64,000 nt of DNA from Verrucomicrobiota bacterium (GTDB lineage Bacteria > Verrucomicrobiota > Verrucomicrobiia > Limisphaerales > CANJSG01), in the NCBI GenBank assembly GCA_038209745.1, contig JBBQXJ010000003.1, positions 38,171-102,170 on the forward strand. Direction: 5' to 3'. The first letter of the stretch is position 1. Each line of letters begins with the position of its first letter. Below, one piece after another: positions 29,093-37,931 of this stretch. The translations under genes were made by a program, and so were the position numbers. The notes under the pieces were generated by a model, which saw only the letters and a program-made list of their open reading frames with translations, made no database searches and was not told the origin of the DNA.

Positions 29093-30076
29093 TCAGTCGT
29101 GGACGAAAATGATGCGGCTGCCGGCGGGCTCGAAGCGGAAGTTCACCGGGCGAAGGTCCTGCAGCGCTTTGGCCACGGCTTCGTGCCGGCTCTCCGGCGC
29201 GTAGAACATGAGGAAACCGCCGCTGCCCGCGCCCAGGAGCTTGCCGCCGATCGCGCCGGCTTTGCGGGCCTTCGCATACCAGGCATCGATCCGGCGGTTG
29301 CTGATCTGGCCGGTCATGCTGCGCTTCAGCTCCCAGTTTTCGTGGATGATCTCGCCGAGGGCGTCGAGGTTGTTCTGTTCCAGCTCGGACTTGAGCGTGC
29401 CGGCCAGCTCGACCATCCGGAGCATCGTCGCCTGCTTCTTCTTCTGCGACGCCATGGCGGTCTGTTGGCTCTTGAGCACGGAGGAGGCGCTGCGGGTCAG
29501 TCCGGTGTAGAAGACGAGGATCTTGTCCTGAAGCCGGGTGATCGTCTCGCGCCGGCAGATGATGGGCTCGACGCTGACCGTGTCGTCGGGGTTGAACCGG
29601 ATGAAATTGAAGCCGCCGTAGGCCGCCGCGTATTGGTCCTGCTTGCCGATGGGTTCGCCGCAGCGGTCGATCTCGATCTCGCAGGACTCGCGGCCCAGAC
29701 GCTCGGCCGAGGCGAATTGTCCGCGATAGGCGTGCAGCGCGTGGAGCAGTCCCACGGTGAAGGCGCTGGAAGAGCCGAGTCCCGTGCCGCGCGCCGGGAT
29801 GTCGGCCACGGAGGTGATCTCCACCCCGCCGGCAAGCCCCACCGTCTTCATCGCCTCACGGACGAGGGGATGTTTGATCCGATCGACGGACTTGGCCTCC
29901 TCGGTGCGCGAGTAGCTCACGCGGATGCGGTCGTCGAACTTCTTGTTCACCTGGAGGTAGACGTAGCGGTCGATGGCGGTGGACACGACGGCGCCGCCGA
30001 ACTTCCGGTAGAAGACCGGTAGATCGCTCCCGCCCCCGACAAAGCTCATGCGCAATGGTGTCCGGCTGATGATCAT
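29093..30076 (-). CDS. GHMP-family sugar kinase (heptose-phosphate / fucose kinase-like)
   Basis: 327 aa. [32 protein letters not shown] (GHMP motif II) and [15 protein letters not shown] (motif III). Confidence 0.85.
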   Translation of the reverse strand: MIISRTPLRMSFVGGGSDLPVFYRKFGGAVVSTAIDRYVYLQVNKKFDDRIRVSYSRTEEAKSVDRIKHPLVREAMKTVGLAGGVEITSVADIPARGTGLGSSSAFTVGLLHALHAYRGQFASAERLGRESCEIEIDRCGEPIGKQDQYAAAYGGFNFIRFNPDDTVSVEPIICRRETITRLQDKILVFYTGLTRSASSVLKSQQTAMASQKKKQATMLRMVELAGTLKSELEQNNLDALGEIIHENWELKRSMTGQISNRRIDAWYAKARKAGAIGGKLLGAGSGGFLMFYAPESRHEAVAKALQDLRPVNFRFEPAGSRIIFVHD

Positions 30077-30257
30077 GACGGGCGGAGACTGCGTCGCCGT
30101 CGCGCAAAGGGGAATGCGGAAACAACGACGACGCGCTCGATGGGGGGGCGTGCTTGGATTCCAGCCCCCTCCATCCGCCCTGGATCGGCGGCCCCGGCGT
30201 TGGGTCCGCTCCGCCTTTTACCTTGGTCCAAATGGCTGTTTCCGGTAGCTCAGAGGC

Positions 30258-31211
30258 GTGAATTTCCTGGTCACCGGCGGGGCGGGCTTCATCGGCTCCC
30301 ATGTGTGTGAACGCCTTCTCGATGAAGGCCACACGGTCCACGCCCTGGACGACATCAACCCCTACTATGATTCCTCGTTCAAGGAGCGGAATCTTGTGGA
30401 GCTCCGGTCCATCGGCGGAGATCGGTTCGAGCTCCATCGGGGCGACATTGCCGAGACGGCCGTGGTGGAAGCCGCGATGGATGCGGCGAAGTTCGACCAG
30501 ATCATCCATCTGGCGGCGAGAGCGGGCGTCCGTCCGAGCTTGGAAGAGCCTTTGCTCTATCAACAGGTGAACGTCGGCGGCACGACGAACATCCTGGAGG
30601 CCGCGCGGAAACGCGCCATCCGCAAGGTCACCATCGCCAGCAGCAGCTCGGTCTACGGATTGAACGCCAAGGTGCCCTTCAGCGAGTCGGACTCGGTGGT
30701 GACGCCGATCTCGCCCTACGCCGCGAGCAAGTTGGCCTGCGAGTCCCTGGGCCACGTCTATCACCACATCTACGGCATGGACGTGGCCATGCTGCGCTTC
30801 TTCACCGTCTATGGGCCGCGGCAACGACCCGATCTGGCGATCTACAAGTTCGCCAAGCTGATCATGGCGGGAAAGCCGATCCCGGTCTTCGGCGACGGCA
30901 CCTCGGCGCGGGACTACACGTTTGTCTCGGACACGGTGGACGGCATCGTGGCCTGCACGAAACAGCAGTTCGGCTACGAGATCTTCAATCTGGGCGAAAG
31001 CGACACCGTTACTCTGTCACGCATGATCGGGCTGCTGGAATCCGCGCTCGGCAAGGCGGCGATCATCGACCGCCAGCCCATGCAGCCGGGCGACGTTCCG
31101 TTGACCTTCGCCGACATTTCCAAGGCGCGTGCTCGGCTGGGCTACGATCCCAGGATCAAGGCCGAGGAAGGCATTCCGCTTTTCGTGGAATGGTTCCTCA
31201 AACAACCCTGA
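30258..31211 (+). CDS. NAD-dependent nucleotide-sugar epimerase/dehydratase (UDP-glucuronate 4-epimerase-like)
   Basis: 317 aa from a GTG start. VTGGAGFIGSHV, SSSSVYG, YAASKLACE and RFFTVYGPRQRPDLA. Confidence 0.9.
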   Translation: MNFLVTGGAGFIGSHVCERLLDEGHTVHALDDINPYYDSSFKERNLVELRSIGGDRFELHRGDIAETAVVEAAMDAAKFDQIIHLAARAGVRPSLEEPLLYQQVNVGGTTNILEAARKRAIRKVTIASSSSVYGLNAKVPFSESDSVVTPISPYAASKLACESLGHVYHHIYGMDVAMLRFFTVYGPRQRPDLAIYKFAKLIMAGKPIPVFGDGTSARDYTFVSDTVDGIVACTKQQFGYEIFNLGESDTVTLSRMIGLLESALGKAAIIDRQPMQPGDVPLTFADISKARARLGYDPRIKAEEGIPLFVEWFLKQP

Positions 31212-31339
31212 ACGCCCGGTCGCAAGCGGGTTCGGGCTGCCCTTCCCCCACCGGATGCCACGCCGCTGAGCTCCACACGGAAGACCGGCGGATTGTGGCT
31301 GCGGGTCGTCGCGTTGGCCGGCGGAGTTGGCCGAAGAAT

Positions 31340-32101
31340 CTACAAGCCGCTGGGGTGATCGAGGAATTGCCAGGGCACCTTGAACTTCTTCGAGAGCTCC
31401 GCCGAAAGCGCCTTCACGCCGAACGTTTCCGTGGCGTAGTGGCCGCCGTGGAGGACGTTCAATCCGAGCTCCTCGGCCAGCGGAAAGCTCCAGTGAGGCC
31501 CTTCGCCGGTGATGAAGGTGTCCACTTCCTCGCGGGCCACCTGAACCAGCTCCGCTCCGGCTCCTCCGCTGCAGATGCCCAGGCTGCGGACTTGTTCGCC
31601 GCCGCCGGGCAACAGTTTCACGGGCCCTTCGAGAAGCGTCTCCAATTGTTGAACGAGGACGGAACGGGTGGTGTTCACCTTGGCCTTCCAGCCCAGGAAC
31701 TGCCCTTTGGATGAAAGGAATGGTTTTGGAGCACGAAGGCCGAGACCCGCGGCGAGGCACGCGTTGTTGCCGAGCTTGGGGTGGAGATCTAGGGGCAGAT
31801 GGGAGCTGTAGACCGAAAGGTTGTGGTCCAGGAGCAGTCGGAGCAACTCGTAGCGTTTGCCGGTCCACGGCACGGTCGGTGACCAGAAGAGTCCGTGATG
31901 GACGACGAGGAGGTCGGCCTTGGCTTCGATCGCCATTCGGACCGTGGCCAAAGAGGCGTCCACGGCGGCGGCGATCCTCGTTACGCGCCCGCTGTTCTCG
32001 ACCTGCAAGCCGTTCTTGGCGCCGTCATAGTCGATGATTTCGTCGGTGCGGAGAGTCCGGTCGCAGTAGGCGACGATCTTGGCGAGCGGGTTGGCGGTCA
32101 T
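31340..32101 (-). CDS. Nif3-like dinuclear metal centre protein (GTP cyclohydrolase 1 type 2 homolog)
   Basis: 253 aa. DLLVVHHGLFW, YSSHLPLD and GGHYATETFG motifs. Confidence 0.88.
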   Translation of the reverse strand: MTANPLAKIVAYCDRTLRTDEIIDYDGAKNGLQVENSGRVTRIAAAVDASLATVRMAIEAKADLLVVHHGLFWSPTVPWTGKRYELLRLLLDHNLSVYSSHLPLDLHPKLGNNACLAAGLGLRAPKPFLSSKGQFLGWKAKVNTTRSVLVQQLETLLEGPVKLLPGGGEQVRSLGICSGGAGAELVQVAREEVDTFITGEGPHWSFPLAEELGLNVLHGGHYATETFGVKALSAELSKKFKVPWQFLDHPSGL

Positions 32102-32105
32102 CGGA

Positions 32106-32792
32106 TCAGTAGGAACCGGGTCCGGCAGAAAGTCCCTCCACGATGGCGATGCCGGCAGAAGTGCCCAACCGGGTCGCGCCCGCCTCGATCATGGCCAGGG
32201 CGGTCGCGGTGTCGCGGATGCCGCCGGAAGCTTTCACGCCGAACTTCTCGCCGACGTGTTCTCTGAGGAGCTTCACGTCGTCGAGGGTTGCGCCTCCGCT
32301 GCTGGATCCAGTCGAGGTCTTGATGAAGCGGGCCCCGGATTCCACCACCAGCCGGCAGGCCCGGATCTTCTCCTCTTCGGTGAGCAGGCAGGTCTCGATG
32401 ATCACCTTCACGGGCCGTTCGTCGGCGGCTTCGACGACGTCGCGCAGCTCGCGCAGAACGTAGTGGTCGTCGCCCTCTTTCAGTTTGGCGATGTTCAGGA
32501 CCACATCGATCTCTTCGGCGCCGTGGTCGATGGCGACCTCGGTTTCGTAGCGTTTGACGTCTGGATCCATGGCGCCGAGGGGGAAGCCAACGACGGCAGC
32601 AACCTTCACCTCGCTGCCCTCGACCAATGACACGGCCAGTTCGACCTGGGAGCCGTTGACACACACGCTGTAGAAGCCGTGCTCGATTGCTTCCCGGCAC
32701 AGCTTCTCGATGTCCGCGCGCTGGGCGTCGGGTCTCAGGAGCGTGTGATCAATGTGGCGGGCCAGCGCGATGGGGTCCGGAAGGTTCGACAT
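32106..32792 (-). CDS. deoC: deoxyribose-phosphate aldolase
   Basis: 228 aa. IDHTLLRPDA, VCVNG, VVGFPLGA, FIKTSTG (Schiff-base Lys) and VKASGGIR. Confidence 0.92.
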   Translation of the reverse strand: MSNLPDPIALARHIDHTLLRPDAQRADIEKLCREAIEHGFYSVCVNGSQVELAVSLVEGSEVKVAAVVGFPLGAMDPDVKRYETEVAIDHGAEEIDVVLNIAKLKEGDDHYVLRELRDVVEAADERPVKVIIETCLLTEEEKIRACRLVVESGARFIKTSTGSSSGGATLDDVKLLREHVGEKFGVKASGGIRDTATALAMIEAGATRLGTSAGIAIVEGLSAGPGSY

Positions 32793-32899
32793 GGGCCTGT
32801 GTTTACGGGCTGTCGGCGGCGGAGGGGAGAAAATTTCTATTGCCGCGCGGGTGTCAGCCGGTATTTTGCCCAGCTCTTAGTCAACCAAAGGTTACTTTC

Positions 32900-33145
32900 T
32901 TGAACAGCGAATACGTCAAGCAGGCACTGGTGAAGGTTGGAAACCCCAACGTTCTGATCAACCTCATCTCACGCCGCGTCCGGCAACTCAACAACGGCGG
33001 GGGAGGATCCAACCGTCCCCTGATCGCCGACACGGCCACTCTGGGCGCGGCGGATATCGCCCTGCTGGAGATCATCGAGGGCAAGATGGGCTGGCACGTC
33101 GAGGGTATCCCCGAGGTCAACCCCTCTCCCGTAGTAGCGAGCTAG
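32900..33145 (+). CDS. rpoZ: DNA-directed RNA polymerase subunit omega
   Basis: 81 aa if the TTG at 32900 is the start. GNPNVLINLISRRVRQL is the conserved omega core. There is no in-frame ATG close upstream. Confidence 0.8.
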   Translation: MNSEYVKQALVKVGNPNVLINLISRRVRQLNNGGGGSNRPLIADTATLGAADIALLEIIEGKMGWHVEGIPEVNPSPVVAS

Positions 33146-33179
33146 GATCGATCGCGGGAGCGAACTGGATTTTATTCGA

Positions 33180-33206
33180 GCCGCAGGTGCGAGCCTGCGG
33201 CTTTTC
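33180..33206 (+). terminator. rho-independent terminator after rpoZ
   Basis: GCCGCAGG-tgcgag-CCTGCGGC followed by TTTT. Confidence 0.6.
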
Positions 33207-33215
33207 CGTATCCAT

Positions 33216-33671
33216 ATGGCCGACATCGTCACCAATTCCAAGGCCCGGCGGGACTATCACATCCTGTCCACCTACGAGTGCGGGATCGTTTTGCGCGGCA
33301 CCGAAGTAAAGGCGCTCCGGGCCGGCAAGGCGCAGATCGCGGACGCCTTCGCGCGGGTGGAAAACGGAGAGGTTTGGCTGCACAACGCCCACATCGACGA
33401 ATACTCCCACGGGAACCTCGAGAACCATGTCCCCAAAGCCCCTCGGAAGCTGCTGTTGAACCGGTCCGAGATTCGCAAGCTGTCCGAGCAATCCGCCGTG
33501 AAAGGCCGAGCACTGGTCGCGCTGTCGTTCCATTGGAAACAATGCCTGGTCAAGGTGCTCCTGGCGGTGGGGGAAGGAAAAGCGGAGTTCGACAAACGGC
33601 AGGACCTGAAGAAGCGCGAAGATGAACGCGAAATGAAGCGCGCGATCATGCATCGACTGAAACGAGGCTGA
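33216..33671 (+). CDS. smpB: SsrA-binding protein
   Basis: 151 aa. NSKARRDYHIL, YECGIVLRGTEVKALR and PRKLLLNRSEI. Confidence 0.93.
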   Translation: MADIVTNSKARRDYHILSTYECGIVLRGTEVKALRAGKAQIADAFARVENGEVWLHNAHIDEYSHGNLENHVPKAPRKLLLNRSEIRKLSEQSAVKGRALVALSFHWKQCLVKVLLAVGEGKAEFDKRQDLKKREDEREMKRAIMHRLKRG

Positions 33672-33732
33672 CGACGGCGATCCACGGAATTGAAGGCGTC
33701 CCTAGTGGTTTTTCGCCGTCGGAACTGAACAG

Positions 33733-33766
33733 AGAAAAAGGGCGCCCTCTTTCAAGAGACGCCCCA
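33733..33766 (-). terminator. rho-independent terminator after rpmB
   Basis: The minus strand reads GGGGCGTCTCTTGAAAGAGGGCGCCC (4+5 bp stem with a small internal loop) followed by TTTTT. Confidence 0.5.
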
Positions 33767-33787
33767 CACACGGTTCCAAAAAATAAT

Positions 33788-34054
33788 CTACTTGGCGGCG
33801 GATTCGGGCTTCTTCCAAGTGCGCTTGGGAGCCTTGGTCACGAGGCCCTTCTTGATGGCCTTGGCGGTGACCCGGATGTAGCGGACCTCGCCGTTGATCA
33901 GCGCTTTGACCCGTTGAAGGTTCGGGAAGAACCGGCGCTTCGTGATCGCAGTCACGTGCATGCCGATGCCGCCTTCCTTCTTGGCCTTACCACTGCGCCA
34001 AATCTTGGTGCCCTGGATCGGGCGCTTTCCTGTCAGTTCACAAATGCGAGCCAT
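33788..34054 (-). CDS. rpmB: 50S ribosomal protein L28
   Basis: 88 aa from the ATG at 34052-34054. MARICELTGKRPIQG...RRFFPNLQ. Confidence 0.92.
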   Translation of the reverse strand: MARICELTGKRPIQGTKIWRSGKAKKEGGIGMHVTAITKRRFFPNLQRVKALINGEVRYIRVTAKAIKKGLVTKAPKRTWKKPESAAK

Positions 34055-34346
34055 AATGCGTTCCTTTGTTGAGAAAGGAAGGCGGAACCTACGAGCAGTG
34101 GAATTTGGAGGCAAGCCCGTTCTATCATTTTTTTGGGAGGCAATTCGTATCAATTGTAGGATTCCTGCTTCGGACGGGACTTTTGCGGCGTCCCGGGATA
34201 ACACCATCATCGTTCCGACGTGGGATGTCTCCAATGTTGGCCGACATCCCCATGATTGGAACCCATATGCCCGATCTCTGTTCCTGCTCCTGCCCGGCGA
34301 GGCCCGGCTCCAATTCTTGGAACCGGACGATGGCGCGATTCGAGTC

Positions 34347-35414
34347 ATGAGCGACTTCACGCTGGAGGACTTCGGCTGGAACGCCGGCCATGCGGCCGAC
34401 TTCAAGGCACACGTGACCGGACAGTTCCGCCCGGCTCGGGTGGCCATCGAACATCGGGGCGGCTACCAGGTCGTCGAACCTGAACTCGGCCTCGTTCCCG
34501 CCACCATCACGGGGCGGCTCCGCCACGATCTCCGCGACAACTCGAAAAGGCCTGTCGTCGGCGACTGGGTTGCCGTCGTCCAGCCGCAAGGCGAGAAGAA
34601 GGTCGTCATTCACCAGGTGCTGCCGCGGCGGACCCGGCTTTCCCGCAACGCCGCCGGCCGCGAGACCGAGGAGCAGATCCTCGCCTCGAACATCGACCAG
34701 GTGCTTGTCACGGCCTCGCTCGCGCTGGAGCTGAACGTCCGTCGCATCGAGCGCTATGTCGCGGTGGCGACCGATTCCGGGGCCCGCGTCGTGCTGCTGC
34801 TGACCAAGTCCGACCTCGCGAAGGATCCTGCGGGCGAGCTCGCCAAGGTCCAGGCCGTGCTGGGCACGGTGCCGGTGATGACCATCAGCAGCGTTTCGCG
34901 CAAAGGCCTGAAGGATGTGCGCAAACTGCTCAAGCGCGGCGAGACCACGGTGATCATCGGGCCTTCCGGTGTCGGGAAGTCGTCGCTGATCAACACCCTG
35001 TGCGACGACGACGAACTGCTGCTGGTGCAGGAGGCGCGCGGCGACGACCAGAAGGGGCGTCATACGACGACCCATCGCGAACTGCTGCCATTGCCCAACG
35101 GCGCGCTGATGATCGACACGCCGGGTGTGCGCGAACTCCAGGTCTGGATCGACGAGGCGGAACTGGCGGAGGCGTTCGCCGGGCTGGAGGAACTGGCGCT
35201 ACGGTGCAAGTTCACCACCTGCCGGCATGTGGACGAGCTCGGATGCAAGGTCCGCGCAGAAGTGGCGGCGGGTCGGATCTCGGAGGAGAGGCTCGCCAAC
35301 TATCGGAAGCTCAAGGAAGAGGCCGCGCAGAACACCGAGCGGCAGCGGCAGCGCCGGCAGGTCGAGGAACACCGCGTGAAGAAGCGGCTGATCAACCAGG
35401 CGGACGGGGTCTGA
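34347..35414 (+). CDS. rsgA: ribosome small-subunit-dependent GTPase A
   Basis: 355 aa from the ATG at 34347. NIDQVLV, LLLTKSDL, GPSGVGKSSLIN, DTPGVREL and zinc-finger cysteines CKFTTCRH...GC. Confidence 0.9.
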   Translation: MSDFTLEDFGWNAGHAADFKAHVTGQFRPARVAIEHRGGYQVVEPELGLVPATITGRLRHDLRDNSKRPVVGDWVAVVQPQGEKKVVIHQVLPRRTRLSRNAAGRETEEQILASNIDQVLVTASLALELNVRRIERYVAVATDSGARVVLLLTKSDLAKDPAGELAKVQAVLGTVPVMTISSVSRKGLKDVRKLLKRGETTVIIGPSGVGKSSLINTLCDDDELLLVQEARGDDQKGRHTTTHRELLPLPNGALMIDTPGVRELQVWIDEAELAEAFAGLEELALRCKFTTCRHVDELGCKVRAEVAAGRISEERLANYRKLKEEAAQNTERQRQRRQVEEHRVKKRLINQADGV

Positions 35415-35437
35415 CCGGGTCTTGGATCTGGCGAGGA

Positions 35438-36709
35438 TCAGTGGATTTCCGGCAACACGATGTCGGACGGAGCCTTGCCGAGGGTCGGCCGGGTGAACGC
35501 TTCGCCATAGCGGCTGGACCCCTCCACGAACCCGCCGTGTGAGAGGAAGAACTGGCCGTTCTCCAAGCCCATGAAACGGTCGAGGCGGTCGGCCTTGCCG
35601 GTGGCGTCGTGGCTGAACTTGGCCGTCGACAGTTCCGACCAGGTGCCGTCCGTGGACCGGATCCATTGGTTTCCGTAGAACACCTTCCGGCGGAGGTGGC
35701 CGTTGTCGCCGCCGAAGTTCTCGCTGAAGCTGTGGAGCCCCCGCAAAGACCCGCCGTCCTTGGGCGCGCGCCAGCTGGAGACGAGCATCCAGCGGTGGCT
35801 GTCCGGATGGAAATAATAGCCGGAGTAGACGGTGTGGGTCGCGTCGACCGGCTTGGCGGTGACGAAGAACCGCTGCTTCTCGCCGGTCTTCCAGAAATAC
35901 TTCAGATGGCTGTGGCCGCCGGTACCCTCGTTCCCGAAATCACCGGAATACACCCCGTCTCCTTTCGCCAGCAGTGTGACGCGGTCGGCTTCGGCGACCT
36001 TCTTCCGGTCCACGCCCTCGTTGCCGCTGTCCCAGACGCTGAAGATGATCCTGCGTTCAGTCGGGCTGTTGACCTGCATTCCGAAATAGCCGCGGTGCCA
36101 GCCGCAGGCCATGTAGAAGGTCCACAGCGGGTCCGCCTCCGCCGTCGCCTCGCAGTAGAACGCCTCGACCGTCGTGCCGTCCGGCACGGGATACATCAAG
36201 TGGACGGAGGCGGCGTTGCGGCGCGGCTTGAGATTGAAATGCGCCGCCTCCGCCGCCGGGCCGCCGAGGACGAGTTCGCGCACGTTTCCGGCCGGCGTTC
36301 CAACGGGGTTCAGCGACGACAACGTGAACCTTTGATAGCCGGTTTTCGGAATGATGAAGTCGCCGAAAGGAACCGTGATGGCGGCGTCTCCTTCTCCGAC
36401 GATGTCGACCACACGGGACTGCTCCGCGACCGTCAATCGGAGCTTCGAGGTGGAATTCTTTGGTATCTGAACGGAGGCCGCACAGGTCACCGCCCCGGTG
36501 TGCTGGAATTCGCCGAACCACGAAACGGTCGTCGAAGGATCGTTCCATCGGGTGACGCCGCCGTCCTCTGAAACGCGCGCACCCTCCGGATCAGGATCAA
36601 TGTAGGCGGTGAACGCCGGCACGGTCAGCGTGGCGGGATCGGCCGCGTGGAGGGTGGCGATCAATGGCAACAGCGAAGCGAGGTGCGCGAGCGGGCGGAG
36701 TGGTGACAT
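35438..36709 (-). CDS. DUF5077/DUF3472 domain-containing secreted protein
   Basis: Signal peptide from the ATG at 36707-36709 (alternative upstream ATG at 36760). MACGWHRGYFGMQVNS, IFSVWD and GTGGHSH resemble DUF3472. Confidence 0.75.
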   Translation of the reverse strand: MSPLRPLAHLASLLPLIATLHAADPATLTVPAFTAYIDPDPEGARVSEDGGVTRWNDPSTTVSWFGEFQHTGAVTCAASVQIPKNSTSKLRLTVAEQSRVVDIVGEGDAAITVPFGDFIIPKTGYQRFTLSSLNPVGTPAGNVRELVLGGPAAEAAHFNLKPRRNAASVHLMYPVPDGTTVEAFYCEATAEADPLWTFYMACGWHRGYFGMQVNSPTERRIIFSVWDSGNEGVDRKKVAEADRVTLLAKGDGVYSGDFGNEGTGGHSHLKYFWKTGEKQRFFVTAKPVDATHTVYSGYYFHPDSHRWMLVSSWRAPKDGGSLRGLHSFSENFGGDNGHLRRKVFYGNQWIRSTDGTWSELSTAKFSHDATGKADRLDRFMGLENGQFFLSHGGFVEGSSRYGEAFTRPTLGKAPSDIVLPEIH

Positions 36710-36767
36710 TGGGAAAGCTTGGCGTGGGTGCGGTGGGTCAGAAAGACGCTTTTTCAACAAACCGGAG

Positions 36768-37535
36768 TCAGTGGCCGTTGCCGGTGGCCGGACTGCACCA
36801 GAGCCGGTTCTTGGCCGTGAGGTTTTGCTCCTGTCTGAAAACCTCGTAGCGCAGGAACTCCACGTGCCCGTCGAAGCTCAGCATGATGCCGCCCTTTTTC
36901 CCGTGGCGCTTTCCGAGATCCTGGTCGCCGGACGGATAAGCCGCCGCATCCCGATAGGAACCCGCCGATTTTTCGTCCGGTTCCCAGGACAGAAAGGCGT
37001 CGGGCCTGAAGTCGGCGAGCTTGAAGGTGCCAGTCCCCTTGGCGCCGTATCCGCACACGGCTCCGTTTTGGATATAGGTGGACATCTTGTTGATCCGGGC
37101 CTTGAAGGACGCGAGATCGGTTAGATCGAGGGGGCAGCGGTAGACTTCCTTCTTCTTGAGGTATGTCCAGAACAGGCCGGTCTCGTAAGCCTTGGTGGGA
37201 TCCACATTGTAGGGGGCTATGACGAGGCTGGGGGCGAAGCCGTCTGGCGTTTTGGTCGCGTCGTAGAGCCAACCCTGGACACTCGGTGGATTCCAGTTGG
37301 GGTGGGCCAGTCGGTCCTGGTTGTCGGCGGCATACATCTGAGAGGCCAATCCGAGCTGCCTGTTGTTGTTGAGGCACTGTGTGCGCTGGGCCTGTTCCTT
37401 GGCCCTGGCCAGCGCTGGGAGGAGCATTCCCGCGAGGATCGCGATAATGGCGATGACGACCAGCAGCTCGATCAAGGTGAGGCCCCGGGCGTCTGCTGGG
37501 CGGCCTGGTTTCCGGGAATGGTTTGAATCGTTCAT
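36768..37535 (-). CDS. prepilin-type N-terminal cleavage/methylation protein with H-X9-DG-like C-terminus (DUF1559-like)
   Basis: 255 aa from the ATG at 37533-37535. [25 protein letters not shown] leader and [18 protein letters not shown] near the C-terminus. Confidence 0.85.
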   Translation of the reverse strand: MNDSNHSRKPGRPADARGLTLIELLVVIAIIAILAGMLLPALARAKEQAQRTQCLNNNRQLGLASQMYAADNQDRLAHPNWNPPSVQGWLYDATKTPDGFAPSLVIAPYNVDPTKAYETGLFWTYLKKKEVYRCPLDLTDLASFKARINKMSTYIQNGAVCGYGAKGTGTFKLADFRPDAFLSWEPDEKSAGSYRDAAAYPSGDQDLGKRHGKKGGIMLSFDGHVEFLRYEVFRQEQNLTAKNRLWCSPATGNGH

Positions 37536-37931
37536 GTTCAATCTCTGACTGCCTGATGCCGGCCTCCCCCGGCGGGCGGACAAGGCCGACCTGTGCCCAG
37601 CACGATCAAGGACATCCTTCTTATAGGGCGAAGCAGGGTCGGCGTTGAATCCCCAATAAGGGTTGGATCCACGCGAAAGCATGCGGATCAGCCTGCATTC
37701 ATGGGCTTTTGAGATTGCCCCCCTAATGTGGTATGGCGTTTTGGACTACGAAGCGGATCAATTAAACAGTAGTGGCAGGCCCAAGCCGCAACCCGGTCCG
37801 GGAATGTTATTCCTGGCTCGGCGACTGCGCGGTTCTGGATCGTGTCCGCTGCCAGGATGTCCCCCAAGCAGGGCCCGCACTTTCGCGACGCTCCTGAGCC
37901 GTAACCTGAAACGTCCCGATCCCCAAAAGCC

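Noticed and set aside
37773-37788. Sigma-54-like TGGCAG...GCC upstream of the LamG gene
   Set aside because: The spacing is off by one and no TTGC -12 element is present.
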